This document shows positions 23,536-36,129 of a stretch of DNA of 64,000 nt, in pieces. The notes beneath the pieces are model-generated. The model had not been told where the DNA came from and made no database searches. It saw only the letters and a program-made list of their open reading frames with translations. The DNA is from Camelus dromedarius (Eukaryota): the NCBI RefSeq assembly GCF_036321535.1, contig NC_087436.1, positions 47,058,001-47,122,000 of the forward strand, read 5' to 3'. How positions within the stretch are numbered: position 1 is the stretch's first letter; each line of letters begins with the position of its first letter. The position numbers and the translations under genes were made by a program.

Positions 23536-24864
23536 CATTCACTTTTTCTTTTTCACTTCAAGAATAGAAATGATCTTTTCTAAATGAAAGTAAAAAAGAA
23601 AATTTCCCCATCTTAACAGAAAACAACAACAAATGATTTAGAACCCAAAGACTTGATTTTTTCCTCAGTATGTGATTTTCGGTAACCTGGTGTTTGAGTT
23701 TTCATTCTGAATGTGGGAGTTGGTCTTCACCTCTACAGACAGGGCTGTGATCACAACCTTTCCTCTTGGCCTTTAGACCTCAGAATTCCACAAGCACAAT
23801 TAAGAGAGGTGGGAGTAGGAAAGAGAAAAATCATCTTACTGTGTATCCATACAATATTCTAGAAAGTAAAAAAGCCGTTAAGACTAGGAAGCCCACTTTT
23901 CTGCTGCACAGTTTGCATTTAAGATCTACATAGCTGATCTAATGAGAAGGCAAAGGTATTGAATAAAATCTTCCTTTTTAAATTTTATTTTCATGTTGCT
24001 TTCTTTGGTGTAAGTTACTTGAAAGTGATCACAAACCACATGCAGTGAAGAACAGCTCCCTCACGAGGGTGCATAGCGTGCGCATGCACACACACGTTTG
24101 GAAAAAAAAAAGTTACAAAGTTTTTCCTTTAACCAAAAAGAAGCTTAAGAACAGATCTGATCCTAACAACAAATGTGTGTAAAACAAAACCCAGAAAACA
24201 GGTTGGGTGGATGTTGGTTGTACTGTCTCATTAAAGAAAATGAGTCAAGATTGATCTAATTAACTCACAGATCAGCACATTTACCCACTAAACCAGGCAG
24301 CAGTGGCCATCTCCTGCCACAGCTGTTTGTTTAACTTGCTTACATGAGTCATTCTGAGAAGAGACTCTGCCTTTAAAAAAAAATAAGTAAACAAACTATT
24401 TGAAATCTTTGTCCTCTACCTGATAATCATCTAAGAGAAGCATGGTAATTATGTCCTTGGGAGAGGCCCTGGCCTGAGGCCTTTCAAAACCTGAAGCGGC
24501 CTAGAAGTTTAGAAGAGATGTCTTTGTATTTGTCATTCACTGGCAGCATCGTGTTTTATCAAGTCTGCCACCCTCCTTCCTAGTTCAGCCATAGCACGGC
24601 AGTTGGTAGTTCACATTTAGCCTAAACTTTACCCTCAAGCTGTTATCAGAACCATTATGTGAAATGTGTGGAGGTTGACTGCCATTAGATTGATCTGTTG
24701 AGTATTTTTATGTCATTGTTTAGCAAATGCCGAAATGTGGATTTGTAAAAAGATAACTAGAGAGATGAAAGCATGAATTCTTTGCCAGCTCCTAAATTAA
24801 CAGTGAGTACTTAGACGGTCATCTTTTTAAAACCAGTGCAGTGGAGATAATAATTAATCACCCT

Positions 24865-25105
24865 TACAGTGTGCTTGGAAGGAGCCTGTACTCTGGTGCC
24901 AGACCTGGACTTGACTCTACTTTTGCCATGTACCAGTTGTTGGATCTTAGGGAACTCATTTCATCTTTCCAAGACTCATCGCTACCACCTCCTAAAATGG
25001 GGATAATTATAACAATCTCACAGGGTTGTCGTGGGGATTAAACATTTGTTTAACCCAGTACTTGGTGCAGAGTAAATGCTCCAAATGGTAGTAGTAGTAA
25101 TTGTG
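24865..25105 (+). mobile_element. MIR SINE
   Basis: 'ggaaggagcctgtactctggtgccagacctggacttg...taaaatggggataattataac...cagggttgtcgtggggattaaa...cttggtgcagagtaaatgctc'. Confidence 0.75.
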
Positions 25106-25144
25106 GCTGTTCTTGCTAATATTAAGTTGTATTTCACAAGTACT

Positions 25145-25245
25145 GATTAAGTCCTGTTATCTTCTAGAGCCTTGGTTCTCTTATCTCTATAATGTGGGGT
25201 TGGTAGGCGAGCTCTAAGTAACTTTTCCAGCTGGACATTCTGAGT
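25145..25245 (+). mobile_element. MIR3 remnant
   Basis: 'gagccttggttctcttatctctataatgtggggttgg...ctctaagtaacttttccagctggacattctgag' resembles the MIR3 core and 3' end. Confidence 0.55.
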
Positions 25246-25338
25246 CTGGTTCAGGAGGTTGGCGCACTGCCCACTGGAGGGTCTTCCACTCTCCTCTGCT
25301 CTCCTCCCTCATGTCTCTTCTGTCCCCTGCAGCAGCCC

Positions 25339-25371
25339 CAGCCAGTTAGCAGCCAGTTAGCAGCCAGTTAG
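25339..25371. repeat. Perfect 3 x 11-bp tandem repeat (CAGCCAGTTAG)
   Basis: Directly visible at 25339-25349, 25350-25360 and 25361-25371. Confidence 0.95.
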
Positions 25372-25676
25372 CTCCCGGCAGGAGGTTGCTAGATCATAGC
25401 CCTGCAAAAGGTCGGGCATTGCTGGCTTTGTGATGCTCAGCTGGCTGCAGCAGCTGCCCTTCCCTAGCCTGTACCACAGAAGCTCTGGCCACTACAGGGA
25501 GAGGCTTTTCTAGCACCAGGGCTCCTCTGAGCTGGGACGCAACCTAAGGGAGAATTCTTGTCTGGGGGTCACCATCAGAAGTTTTAACTCTTCGACTTTT
25601 GTCTTCTTTTGGGATATATAAAAGGTGAGAATAGGAAGGTAGAGGGCAAGTCTTATCAAAGATGTTAGCAAGTGGT

Positions 25677-25828
25677 AGGGGGTGGGGGGCATAGCTCAGT
25701 GGTAGTGTGCGTGCTTGGCCTGCACAAGGTCCTGGGTTCAATCACCAGTACCTCCATTAAAGGGAAAATTTAAAAAAATAATAAATAAAATTAAAATAAA
25801 TATATGTAAAAAAGGAAAAAAATTTTGA
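25677..25828 (+). mobile_element. tRNA-derived SINE (camelid Vic-1-like)
   Basis: G-rich head, Pol III A box 'tagctcagtgg' (25692-25702), B box 'ggttcaatcac' (25735-25745), 'cagtacctccattaa' and an A-rich tail. Degenerate TSD 'aaagatgttagcaagtggt' (25658-25676) / 'aaaaatgataacaaatggt' (25829-25847). Confidence 0.85.
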
Positions 25829-25847
25829 AAAAATGATAACAAATGGT

Positions 25848-26145
25848 AAATTATGATACAAATACTGCCACCATTAAAAATGGTATCATAATACATTATC
25901 AGCTAAGGGAATATATTCACAATGTATTGAGTAAAAAACTAGATTACAAAACAACATCTCAGTTTTGCTTTTTAAATAACTGTATGTGTGTGAAAGCATA
26001 AGAGAGAAAAAAGATGGGAAGGAACTTTATCTCTGTATTAAAATGTTTTTTCTGGTTGCCAACATCAGGTAGTTTTGCTTCACTTTTATTTGGATTTTCT
26101 GAATGTTTTACATGAGTTGAGGATTCTAATAAAGAGAAACAAAAG
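25848..26145 (+). mobile_element. L1ME-like 3' fragment (likely host of the SINE)
   Basis: 'aaattatgatacaaatactgccaccattaaaaatg...gtattgagtaaaaaactagattacaaaacaac...ttttctgaatgttttacatgag' resembles an L1ME 3' end; similar sequence continues left of the SINE. Confidence 0.6.
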
Positions 26146-26374
26146 CTGATTTTTTAAAAGAAAGAAACCGAATTGTCTTTCAGACGAAAAGGTTAACCTT
26201 TCAGAGAAAAGAGGATGTGTGAGTGTGACTCTGTGCAGCAGCACCTCGAAGACTTGTGTTGCCACCCTCAGGGGCTGTGGGCTTGGAGCGGTGCTCGGGG
26301 CCAGTTCCTCTCTTTGTGAGCACCACACACCCAGGGCCGTTCTCAGCACTCTGGATCTGTTAACTTCATGAAGG

Positions 26375-26490
26375 AGATCCCTGATACTTCATGGGAAACT
26401 GAGGCACAGGGAGGTTAACGCAGCCAGGCTCACACAGACAGTGAGCAGGAAACCAGGACTCAGACCCGGTGCTGAGCTTCAGTCACACTG
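26375..26490 (-). mobile_element. MIR remnant
   Basis: 'tcatgggaaactgaggcacagggaggttaacgcagccaggctcacacag...ccaggactcagaccc'. Confidence 0.8.
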
Positions 26491-26989
26491 TCCCGGGTGG
26501 CCCTGAGCTAAGGCTCTCCCAGCGCTGCTGTTTCCAAGGTAGATTTTGTCCGTGCAGCCGTGGTGAGGTGAACTGGGGCACTGTGGGCAAATGCAGTTAT
26601 CAGTGGGCACAAAGGGCTCTTTGAACCCTTTTCTCTTACCTGTTGCCTCTCTATCCTGTCCGCTGAGTCCAGCCCACATCCTCCTGCTCTCTCCGCTGTT
26701 TGGATCCCAGTCCTGATTCCACAAAACTACTTTAGTTATCAGGGTCTACTATCTGTTTTACCTGAAGATCAAAATCCTACCTGGGTGTGAGCGCACATCA
26801 GTGAGTCTATAGCTTCACTTAGAATTGCAGCCACCATTTCTTTTCCTTCTGTCGTAGTCAGTGACTTCAATTCTCCCTACGGAAAGAGCTCTTCCATAAC
26901 TGCTTCTCAATAGAGAGAGGGAAAGCAGGGTAATGGAGAGGGTACCCCCTGGCCTGAGGTCTTCAAACCACAGGTGTACCTCAGCCATC

Positions 26990-27090
26990 TCTGTGTATGC
27001 TGCGGGCAGACTTCGTAACCTCTCTGGGCCTGTTTCCTCACTGGAAAAATGCAAGGACAGAATTAAATGAATTTCAAGGTCTCGCACTGC
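26990..27090 (+). mobile_element. MIR3/MIR remnant
   Basis: 'gggcagacttcgtaacctctctgggcctgtttcctcactggaaaaatg...atgaatttcaaggtctc'. Confidence 0.7.
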
Positions 27091-30029
27091 TCTGATTTCT
27101 TGAAAAGTTGCAGTGCAATCTTTCAGTATTTTCTGTTCCATATTGTTTCTTTCTAGTATATTCCATCAGCAGAGAGAGGTTGGAGTCTTGTGTATTTCAA
27201 CAGCAGCCACTAAACCCTTTTCCTTTCTCTCTTAAAACTCTTCCAAATGATAAGTACCTCAGCTGTGCCCTGTCGTTTTGATAGCAATTTTCTTACTGTG
27301 GGCATCAGTTACTAATTTATTTTCCACGGAGAGCTCAGCATTACCAATTTTGGGGTTATTAGCAAAATTGTTTCTAGAAAGACCATTGTCTCCTCAAAGT
27401 AAGCCACTTTAAAATAATATTTAAATAGAATTTTCTTAAGGTTACAAAGCCAAGGAATGACCTAGCCACTGAGAGAGGAGGTAGCTTCCCAGTATTAAGC
27501 CAAATTGTATCTAATTTCTCTTCATTAGATCTTTTTACTGTTTCTACTTACTCCTGTTCCTACCCTCAGGGTAACACATACATTAAGCTGTGCCTGTTGG
27601 TCTGATCTATTTGGACAGCTCATTTCCAGAGTGTAAAGTTGGGTATTTGCATGGCCAGTAGAGATTTTCTGTCTTCAACGGAGGAATATATCAGTTACAT
27701 CAGTGTGTGTATATATGTGTATATATAAACGGAAGGGGACCTTTCGTTGACGGCTTATAATCTAAAATGGATAATAAAACAGCAGCCTCTTGGACTTAGG
27801 TTGTCCATGACAGGCCAGAGGGAACAAGTCTCTCCCATCCCTTTCTTCTTAGACGGGAAGCCCCTGCCCTCACGATGCACAGGACTGCTGAGAGGCCAGT
27901 TCACAGAAAAAGCAGTTTCTTTGATAAGGACAAATGATATATCACATATGATGTGTGCCTCTGACAGAGGTCCTAACTGCCCCTTGTAAACCCTTTTCCA
28001 GGGCACAAGGTGTTTTCCTTGCCCTTTAGCCACTGCTCAGTCCTATTCAGAGTCTCTCCTTAAGCGTTAAATCCCGAATCTTTAGCTAATGGAGTTTGTC
28101 TGCTCATAGGCAACAAAATTGTCTCCAAGTTTCCTAGAGAACACTTGTTTTCCTATTACTTTGGGCTGTTTCCCCAAATTGTGTGCCTTTTCACATCTGT
28201 GCCTTTACTGTTTTCCTCATTTTGACCTTTTGTCTTTAACAGAGGACCCTTGGGGTGGTAGGGGTGATGAAAACCTTCCTGCAAAAACCATTTTCTGGAA
28301 TGACCCAGTTTATACTTCTTATTATCCTGCTGTATGGACAACAACAACAATGATGATGGTGATACCACTCTTTGGCTCTGCATACAAATTGCTTTTTTTT
28401 ACCTCTATCATTTAGGCAGGCTTGGTCCTCCTCCTTTCTTGGCCTTTCACGTTCCTTTGCTTGACTAAAAATATTTTTAAGGTTAGTTTGCCTATCAAGT
28501 GGGCTAGCAATAAGGAGAAAGAAAACCTTTGAAAGACAGTTTTTTATGGTTCGTGTTTTGCTTGAATGCTTAATACTCTGGACAAGTTTGAATACTTACA
28601 ACTACTGGCTTGAATATGCTGAATTTCTACAATGAAAAAATGGATTTTTGAAAACTTCTAACAGGTTAAAAAGTGTTGAGCATTTGAAGCTTCCTGACGT
28701 TTCCCAGCATGCTTGCCTTTTAAAACAAAAAGAGAAAGAAATCCAGACTGCTTTAAACTTACTTGTTGCCTTTCTTTTTACTCTGTCTTCACATAGTGGT
28801 TTTTAAATATGCTTAGTGTCCAGAGCTAAACCTGTTACAACTGAGAGTAGAACAGACCAACTTTCAACTGGAATCTGCCTTCTTTTATTCAAAATGATTA
28901 TTCTAAGCCGTAGTGACAACGGCTGGCCAAATGGCAGAATGAGGGTGTACTGCTTCGTCCTCCCTGTGCACACACGCACCCACCTTGTATTCATGGCCCC
29001 GACCTCCCCCCGTGGCGATTGCTGTTTGCATCTGCCCTTCCTCCCATTTTAAAGAGTGCCAGGGAAATCTTGTTGAATTCTTCGAAGAGCAGATTTGTAG
29101 ATGTCTTCTGTTTTGATATTTTGACAGCACTAGGTGCAGACTTGGGTTAAGGTGCTTGTGATCTGTGGCAAAAACAGGATGTTTTAGGTGAGCCTGACTG
29201 TACAGGCAGGGTGGGTGCCCCTGACTTTGGTCCCCATTTCCCCCTCCACGCCCACAACAATTCAATTTCTTCGTGTGCAGGTTAGTTTTAGGACATGTCA
29301 AGGGATGGCAGCTCAGTAGGTGCTTCCTTGACCCTTTAACACAGTCTCCCCAGGTCCCCCGTTGTGCCACCCAAACCCGAGCAGCTCTCCTCCCCAGTGG
29401 CTTCGGTGGCCCGGTGGACCCCTCCCACCTGCCTCCTTTTTTGCCTTCATCAGAAAGGTTCTGTCCCATGTGTTCTTGCTCTGATTTTCCAATAAAAAAT
29501 TCTCGGTTAGTGAACTTACTGGCTGGATGTAGTTCTTCGTCTTTGGTCACATATGACATTAAACAAAGAGAACGGTTTCCATCAGTATCACTAATTAAAC
29601 ATATGGCATATTTTTCACTTCAGTAACTAACCTCTCACATTTGCAGAGTAGACTCCAGTTCACAGCTCATGGACTCATGGCAGCACCCAGCTTCCATTCC
29701 TGGGCTCCTGCCTCTTCTAGTGTTATTTCCAGTCCACTGGGGCAGTTTCTGACAGTTCTTTTTGATTTTGCCTAACTGTACTTTATGAGTCTCTGGAGTA
29801 TGTCTTAGGGACAGAATACACTTTACTATGTGGAGTTAGATCCTGACTTGATTCTGCCTTTCTTTCTGAGAGGGCCGTTTCTGTACAAGGGTTTAGGTTT
29901 AAAGTGAGGAGGATATACTGCATTCACGTTGAGCCATTTATCTGTATTAGGTACAAGTCACAGTTGGTTACCGTGCAGCAGATATTGATTTATTTTTACA
30001 CTTTTATCTACTTAACAATCATATATGTA

Positions 30030-30250
30030 TGTCATTATTATGAACCAGGAACTGATCCACATACTTAACTAATAGTAGCTCATTTAATCCTTCACAACCC
30101 TGTGAACTAGGTAGTGTGATTGCAACCCATATTTTCAAATGAGGCACAGAAATAGCAAGTAATCTTGCCCTCGGTCATACAGTAAGCGACTGAGCTGAGA
30201 TTCAGACCTTGGCAGTCTGGCTCTGGACACCATCTTTCACCACCATCCCA
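30030..30250 (-). mobile_element. MIR SINE
   Basis: 'ctcatttaatccttcacaaccctgtgaactagg...cccatattttcaaatgaggcacaga...gagctgagattcagaccttggcagtctggctctg'. Confidence 0.85.
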
Positions 30251-31619
30251 TGGTTGTGTGCCTGCAGGTGGGTGGAGGTGGCCAACAGTCTCCTGGGTAC
30301 CATTTCGAGATGTACATTCTCTTTGCCTGTGAGAAGCCAGGATGACAACACTCAATATAGGGGATTAGGGCACACAGTGAAAAAAAAAACTGACCTTCAG
30401 GCCTGAGGGCCCTTTGTAGGGGCACTGGCCCTTCTTGGGCCTCTTCTGATGGAAGCAGGTATCTCAGGCCCTCCTCTGACTACATCAGAACCATCATAGG
30501 CTCACAGAGTAGGGTCCAGGGATAGGAGTTTCTAAAGCCCTAGCAACCACACAGTGTGTACCAGTTCCTGAAATGTCAGCATGCTCTAGGTCGACTGGTG
30601 CCAATCCAACATTCCAGCACCACTGAACTGCTCACGGATCATTACCAGTTTTTGTCCATCTCCAAACAACCCAGCTTTCTGCCTACTCTGACTGCTAACT
30701 GCTGACCCCTGAAGAGAATTAGGGCAGGGCTCGATTTCCTGGGTCAGAAGCTCTAGTGCCAGCAGTTCACCTTAAGCATAAGATCTAAGTATGCCAACAC
30801 CTTCTTGCTCATCTTGTCTTCCTCTGTCTCATCCTAAAGTCTCCCCCTTACTAAGTAAACTGGTGAAGATAAATGTCAGAGTCAGGGCTGGGAACTTATA
30901 TTATAGCTGCAAAGGGGAGAGAATCTCTTTTTGTAACCTTCTTTTGTTTTCCCTCCTGCCCTCTCCTCCACGGCCAGCCTGGCTGCTGACGGGCGGGCGA
31001 CTTAGCCAACAGTGCAGTTTCCTGGCTGGGTCCCCAGCTACACTCAGCAGGCTTACTTTAAAAAAACAGCTGCAGGCCAGTGTGCTGGGAATCGAGATGA
31101 AAACACAGGACTTGTGAAGTCCTCAAAGCTTTAGCTACGTTCAGGAAAAAACAATGGGAAAGGAAGAAGGTGGAGAGTTGAGTCCGCCTCCAAGGGTGCA
31201 GCTCACAGATGGACACCCTTCATTTACCTTCATGGGGGTGCTACTCAGCCGTCCTCGTGAATGATCTCTTCTTCTTCATTTTGTGACTCATGTGTTCTTT
31301 GGTGCATCCTATGGAAATACTGGGTGATGGGATGTCACCCAGTAAGATGTCAATTAGCCCTGTATTCTGCTTAGGAAGAACTTGGAGGAAATTTGCCCAG
31401 TCTTTAGGAAATTCAGCATATAGAATGATGACCCATCTTTCTTCCAGTTTCGTAAATGCTCAATACAGACAGGGTTCAGAGACATTATGGTTGTAGGACC
31501 CATCCAAGTTTTTAAATAATATGAAGAATTGCCATGTACTATTGAACAGCTACTAAATTCTCTGTGTATTTTCCTTAATCCTTATTGTAACATTAACATT
31601 TACTGGTACCTTTAACACT

Positions 31620-31735
31620 GATGTTGGATATAAACACTTTCGTTTTATGGTGGAGGAAACAGAGAGGTTAAGTATCTAGACAAAGATGCAGAGTCAGGGT
31701 TTGAACTCAAATCTGTGAGCCCTGCACCACAGCAG
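31620..31735 (-). mobile_element. MIR remnant
   Basis: 'ttttatggtggaggaaacagagaggttaagtatct...gagtcagggtttgaactcaaatctgtg'. Confidence 0.7.
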
Positions 31736-32714
31736 GCCTGTATGGAGCACCCATGCAGTGGGTGGGTGGGGAGCATAGATTATCTGGGGTGACTTCCTGA
31801 GAGAAGTGGAGAGGGGAGCATTCTTAGGATGGTGAAGAAATAAAGAACGTTGAAGTGCCTGCCTCCTTACTGGAAAATAACCTCCCTTTTATATTAAATG
31901 CCAGCAGCACAAGTGTCAATCCCAAAGACAGTTATAATCATCCTATTAGCAACCTTCTAGGCAACAGACACATGGTTGTATCACCAGGGGCAGATTGAAG
32001 CTATTATGTTGTAGAGATAGTAAATGCCCCTACTGTGTGGTGCTTTTGAGAAATTCTGACTTCAGAGAAAAGAGCATAAAATAATGAAACGTGTTAATTT
32101 TAGAAAGTGAAAACATGCCCCATAAGGAAATGATTATAATACTTAGTGACCCCTGTTGCTGCACTCAAAGTAGCCAGACAGAAATATCTAACAACTCCGT
32201 ACTGTTTGGAGATGTTAATTTTCTACCCAGAAAACTGTTCCGCCAACACTACCACCTGCCTTTCTTCCCATCTCCTCTCCCCACTGGGGGCTCGGCACCC
32301 TTGCTGAATATAAACAATTGAAGGGAAAAGCAGTTCTGATACAAACCCTCATTACTTTCCCTTTCACACCCCTCCCCCAGTAGACTTTAAAAGTGATAAT
32401 TGCTTGAAATACCAGGAGAAGGTAATTTGTATTGGTAAAGCTCCGGTGAACTTCAAACAAATCTGCATTCTGTAATGGTGACTTGTTTTTAATTATGGGG
32501 CCGGGCAGATGGGTATTTCTGTGGACCTGCTGCACCTGCCCCTCACCCCCACCCGAAGAGCTTGGGACTTGACGGAAAATAATGTGTCTGGATTTTTTAA
32601 AAATCTGTATGTATACAGTCGGGGGTCATAGTTTAAAACCTCAGGGAATGTCTTAGTGTTCAGGATCCTGAATGTTTTAGCTTCTGTTTTCTAGATTAAA
32701 ATTTACATTTGACA

Positions 32715-33000
32715 GCAGTAGTCATATCTGATGCTTATCGGCCACCATTTCAAGTGCTTCCCATGCATGTAGTTTGCTCAGCACTGACATAGCACTTGCC
32801 ATGAGCGGGGCCCTGTTGTTAGTGGTTTGCGCACATCAGCACATGTACTCGTCAGTCCTTCAGGGCTCCATTTTCCACATCCAGAAACTGGGCACGTGGA
32901 GGTGGAGCAACTTGCCAGAGATCACCCAGCTGTTGAGTGGCAGAAGCGACAGTCCAGCCCAGGCAGTCTGGCTGCAGGGTCCACGCCTGAGCACCTCACT
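32715..33000 (-). mobile_element. MIR SINE
   Basis: 'cattttccacatccagaaactgggcacgtggaggtggagcaacttgccagagatcacccagctg...cccaggcagtctggctgcagggtccacgc'. Confidence 0.75.
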
Positions 33001-34842
33001 GACCCGGAAGACAGCTTGTTCCTCTTCCTCAGAGGCGTTTCAGGATGATAGTCTCCAGCAAGGGAAGAGCATTTAGCTTTCGTCTGTTAATCATTGAAAC
33101 AAACTGGGCGCTGAGGAAGTGCTCAGGCTGAAAAACACTGTGGAGGAACAGTTGATGGCCATACAGGGAGTGGATTTCTTTCTTCCAATTTAATTGATTC
33201 TTCCACGCAGGTGCTAACTCAAATATGCCTAAAGATTGCATGCCCACAGCAGATAAGTAGCTTCCAGCAGATTTAACAAATTATCCTTTGTCTTTTTTTA
33301 TCAAAACTACATCCCTAGGTAGAAATGTAAGGTTTTTTTACATACCAAAGTTTGCATGCTAAGCTGTGGACATAGGAGGGACCTACTGAATTTCATATTT
33401 GGTCTGGATCCAATCCTGTATTCCTGGTTTGCAGATAGAAAATGAAAAACACACACAAGTCACCCCTAATTATTAGTAAGATCTTCGCTCCAGATCCTTT
33501 TAATGTAATTAAGAGAGTTAATAGGGGTAGGAGTGCGAGGGAGGAGAGAGAAACTTGCAGCTCAACAGGAAGGACTTGTTTGCTTGTTTTCTGTTTATTT
33601 TTAAACCTAATATTTAACTGTTAATCCTAACTTCATGCAAGTGGACCTTATAAATAAATTGAAAAGGTAGTGATTTGTATGGGTTCCATAAAGGATCCTG
33701 TTTACCTCATGGCAAAGAGCTGGTAAGGTGATGTGGGAGGCCTTTCTAGCCACGTGAGTGTTTCTCTGGACCACGTGACTGTTCTTATTTTGATGGAAGT
33801 GTACCTGGTTCCAAGGCCATGAGCCATCTCCCATTGTAAGGCGAGTTATTGTACACATTCAGAAGGCAAATACCAATTGTTATGCGTGTCGTTGCTGTAA
33901 TTTGGGTAGGAATAACTGAGCCCAGTAAAACATTAGTGCTGCATCTCGTAACCAGATTAGGTTGCAAGAAGAAAAGGGGTACTGTGAGTGAGTCAAATCG
34001 AGAAGAAGTCGAAAGTAAGAAAGAGGTGCTATGACAAACTGATTGCAGATAAGATGATAAACTGAGACCTTTTCATTACCAGCACGATGTTATGGCTGGT
34101 TACACAACTGTCATCTCTTGCAAAGCACCTGAAGGTTGATGTGGAAAATCTGAGCCATTTGGAGAGGAAACCTCAAAGTTGAAGCACTCTGTTCTAAAGC
34201 CACGTATCAAGGTTGAGGTCCCCTGCAGCTGTACACTTTCCAGAGTGATTGAATAGATGATTGGGTCTCGTTGATGCTTCCATCTCTCTCTCGAGTTCAG
34301 TGCAGATGAGTTTCACTTCACGACTCTGTCTCACCCCATCCCTGCCCAGGGGAGCTGTCCCTTGGCAGCAGCTTAGCCCTGTGGACGACTGGCTCTGAGC
34401 CATCAGAGTTGTGCTTTGTGAGGCTATCCTGGCTCCTGTTTATAAGACCTTCATGTGGTAATTTCCTCACGAGTTTTGTGAATGTCCTGGGTTTTCTTTA
34501 TCTTGTTCTTTCTCTCATCAGTAACAGAGGGGATGGCAGTGGAGACAGCAGAGTCGGAGAGCATAAGGAGTGAAAGTGGGTTCTTGGATTCCCTGATAGT
34601 CAGAAAGGTGCAACACCCAATTTTTTTTTTCTTTCGATCAATCTAAAATGGTCTCAGAGTGTGTGTTTGTGTGAAGATAATCATTTACTTGACAGAAACA
34701 TAGGATATTTTGTGAAAAACCTAAAAATTAACATGTGAAGCTGACTTTAGTGGCTATCCAAAATAAAATTCAGCATAACATAAAATAGTATATAGTTTAA
34801 GCTCAAATAGCACTAAAATTTCACTGTGTTATAAAATAAAAC

Positions 34843-35030
34843 TTTTTTATTTGATTATAAGGTTAATGCATAATATTCTTGGTAGAAATTTTAGAGCATA
34901 CAGAAAAGTGCTAGAGACAAAAATCACCTCTGGTCTCACAAGTTAACATTGTGGTTAGCATTTTAGAGCATGTTTCCAGTCTTTTTTCTGTTCATAGATG
35001 CTATGTGAAATTTCACTTTTCCCAGAAGTA
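34843..35030 (-). mobile_element. L1ME-like 3' end
   Basis: 'ttttttatttgattataaggttaatgcatataattc...aaattttagagcatacagaaaagtg...aaaatcacctc...ttagcattttagagcatgtttccagtctttttt'. Confidence 0.65.
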
Positions 35031-36129
35031 AGGCTGCTAAAATCTGTGTGATCTTAAAAAAAAAAAAAAAGCCTCTTCCCTCTCTGTGCCCATAAACTCC
35101 ATCCATCATGTTTGCCTGCAGAGGCCACTGACCCCAGCCCCACTTCCAGGCATTCGTGGTGGAATAAAAATGACAAGAGGCAGAGAGAGTGGCTGTTTAA
35201 AGGCCGAGTCAGCCCTTCCACCAGGACCAATGGGCCTTTTTATCTTAAGAGGCAGTAAGATGTGGGTTTTGTTTTTTTGTTTTGTTTTGTTTTTAATGTT
35301 TTCCAATCAAGCTTGAGTTACCTACCCACTGCTGGACTCTGGCTGTCACACTGTGTCTGAACGCTGTCTGATTTCTACCCATCCCTCTTATTATGCATTT
35401 TTCAGCCGGTCCGCCTTCTCACTCAGATGGGTTTCCTCTCTCTGAGCATTCAACAGAAGTTAAAAGGGAATATAAGTATGTGTAAACTGCCCTTCATTAT
35501 CAAGTGTTCTTAATGATCATGTGACGTTGCTTTTTCTTATATATTTTTTACCAACATGACTAAGTTTTGGAAAAATAATTTCTATTTCTGCCACTCCTCC
35601 TTGAAACTCATCTACTCTACAGGGAGCGTTATGGAGGAAAGGGTGCCCAGGGGCCAGAAGTCCAGTCCTGGGCCATCCTTGGAGTCTGGTGTTGGCTCTG
35701 CCACTTTCTAGCCCAGTGACCTCACGAAAGTCCCTTTGTTAATTTTGCTGCATGAAGTGACAACAACATGAATACCCCAACTGGAAGGTGCAGTCATGTG
35801 TGACAGGGGAGACAGCAGTGAGAGGCAGCAGGGGTGGGGAGAGAAGTAAAAGTGGTCTGTTGGACTTCATGATAGTCAAAGGCCATAACACCCAATTTTT
35901 TTCCCCTTTAGTGGACCTAAAATGTTCTCAGAACGTGTGTGATAACACAGCCGTTATCATTCCTCAGCTGCCTGCCTACCCCATCCTAGTCCACAGAGAC
36001 CCTCACCATTGTCCAAGGCTTCTAGTGTGGAAACCTGGAAGGCTTCTCCTGGCCCTTCCCCTCACCACCACACCCTTTCTGTCACCGTGTTCAGCTCATT
36101 GTCCTCTGCCTCCTCGGTGGCGCTCACGT

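Noticed and set aside
25677-25760. tRNA gene (also 38461-38540)
   Set aside because: A and B boxes are present but there is no complete cloverleaf, and the AT-rich tails (plus a TSD at the 25677 copy) identify them as SINEs.
28903-29559. 218-aa minus-strand ORF
   Set aside because: No recognisable domain; chance ORF in locally GC-richer DNA.
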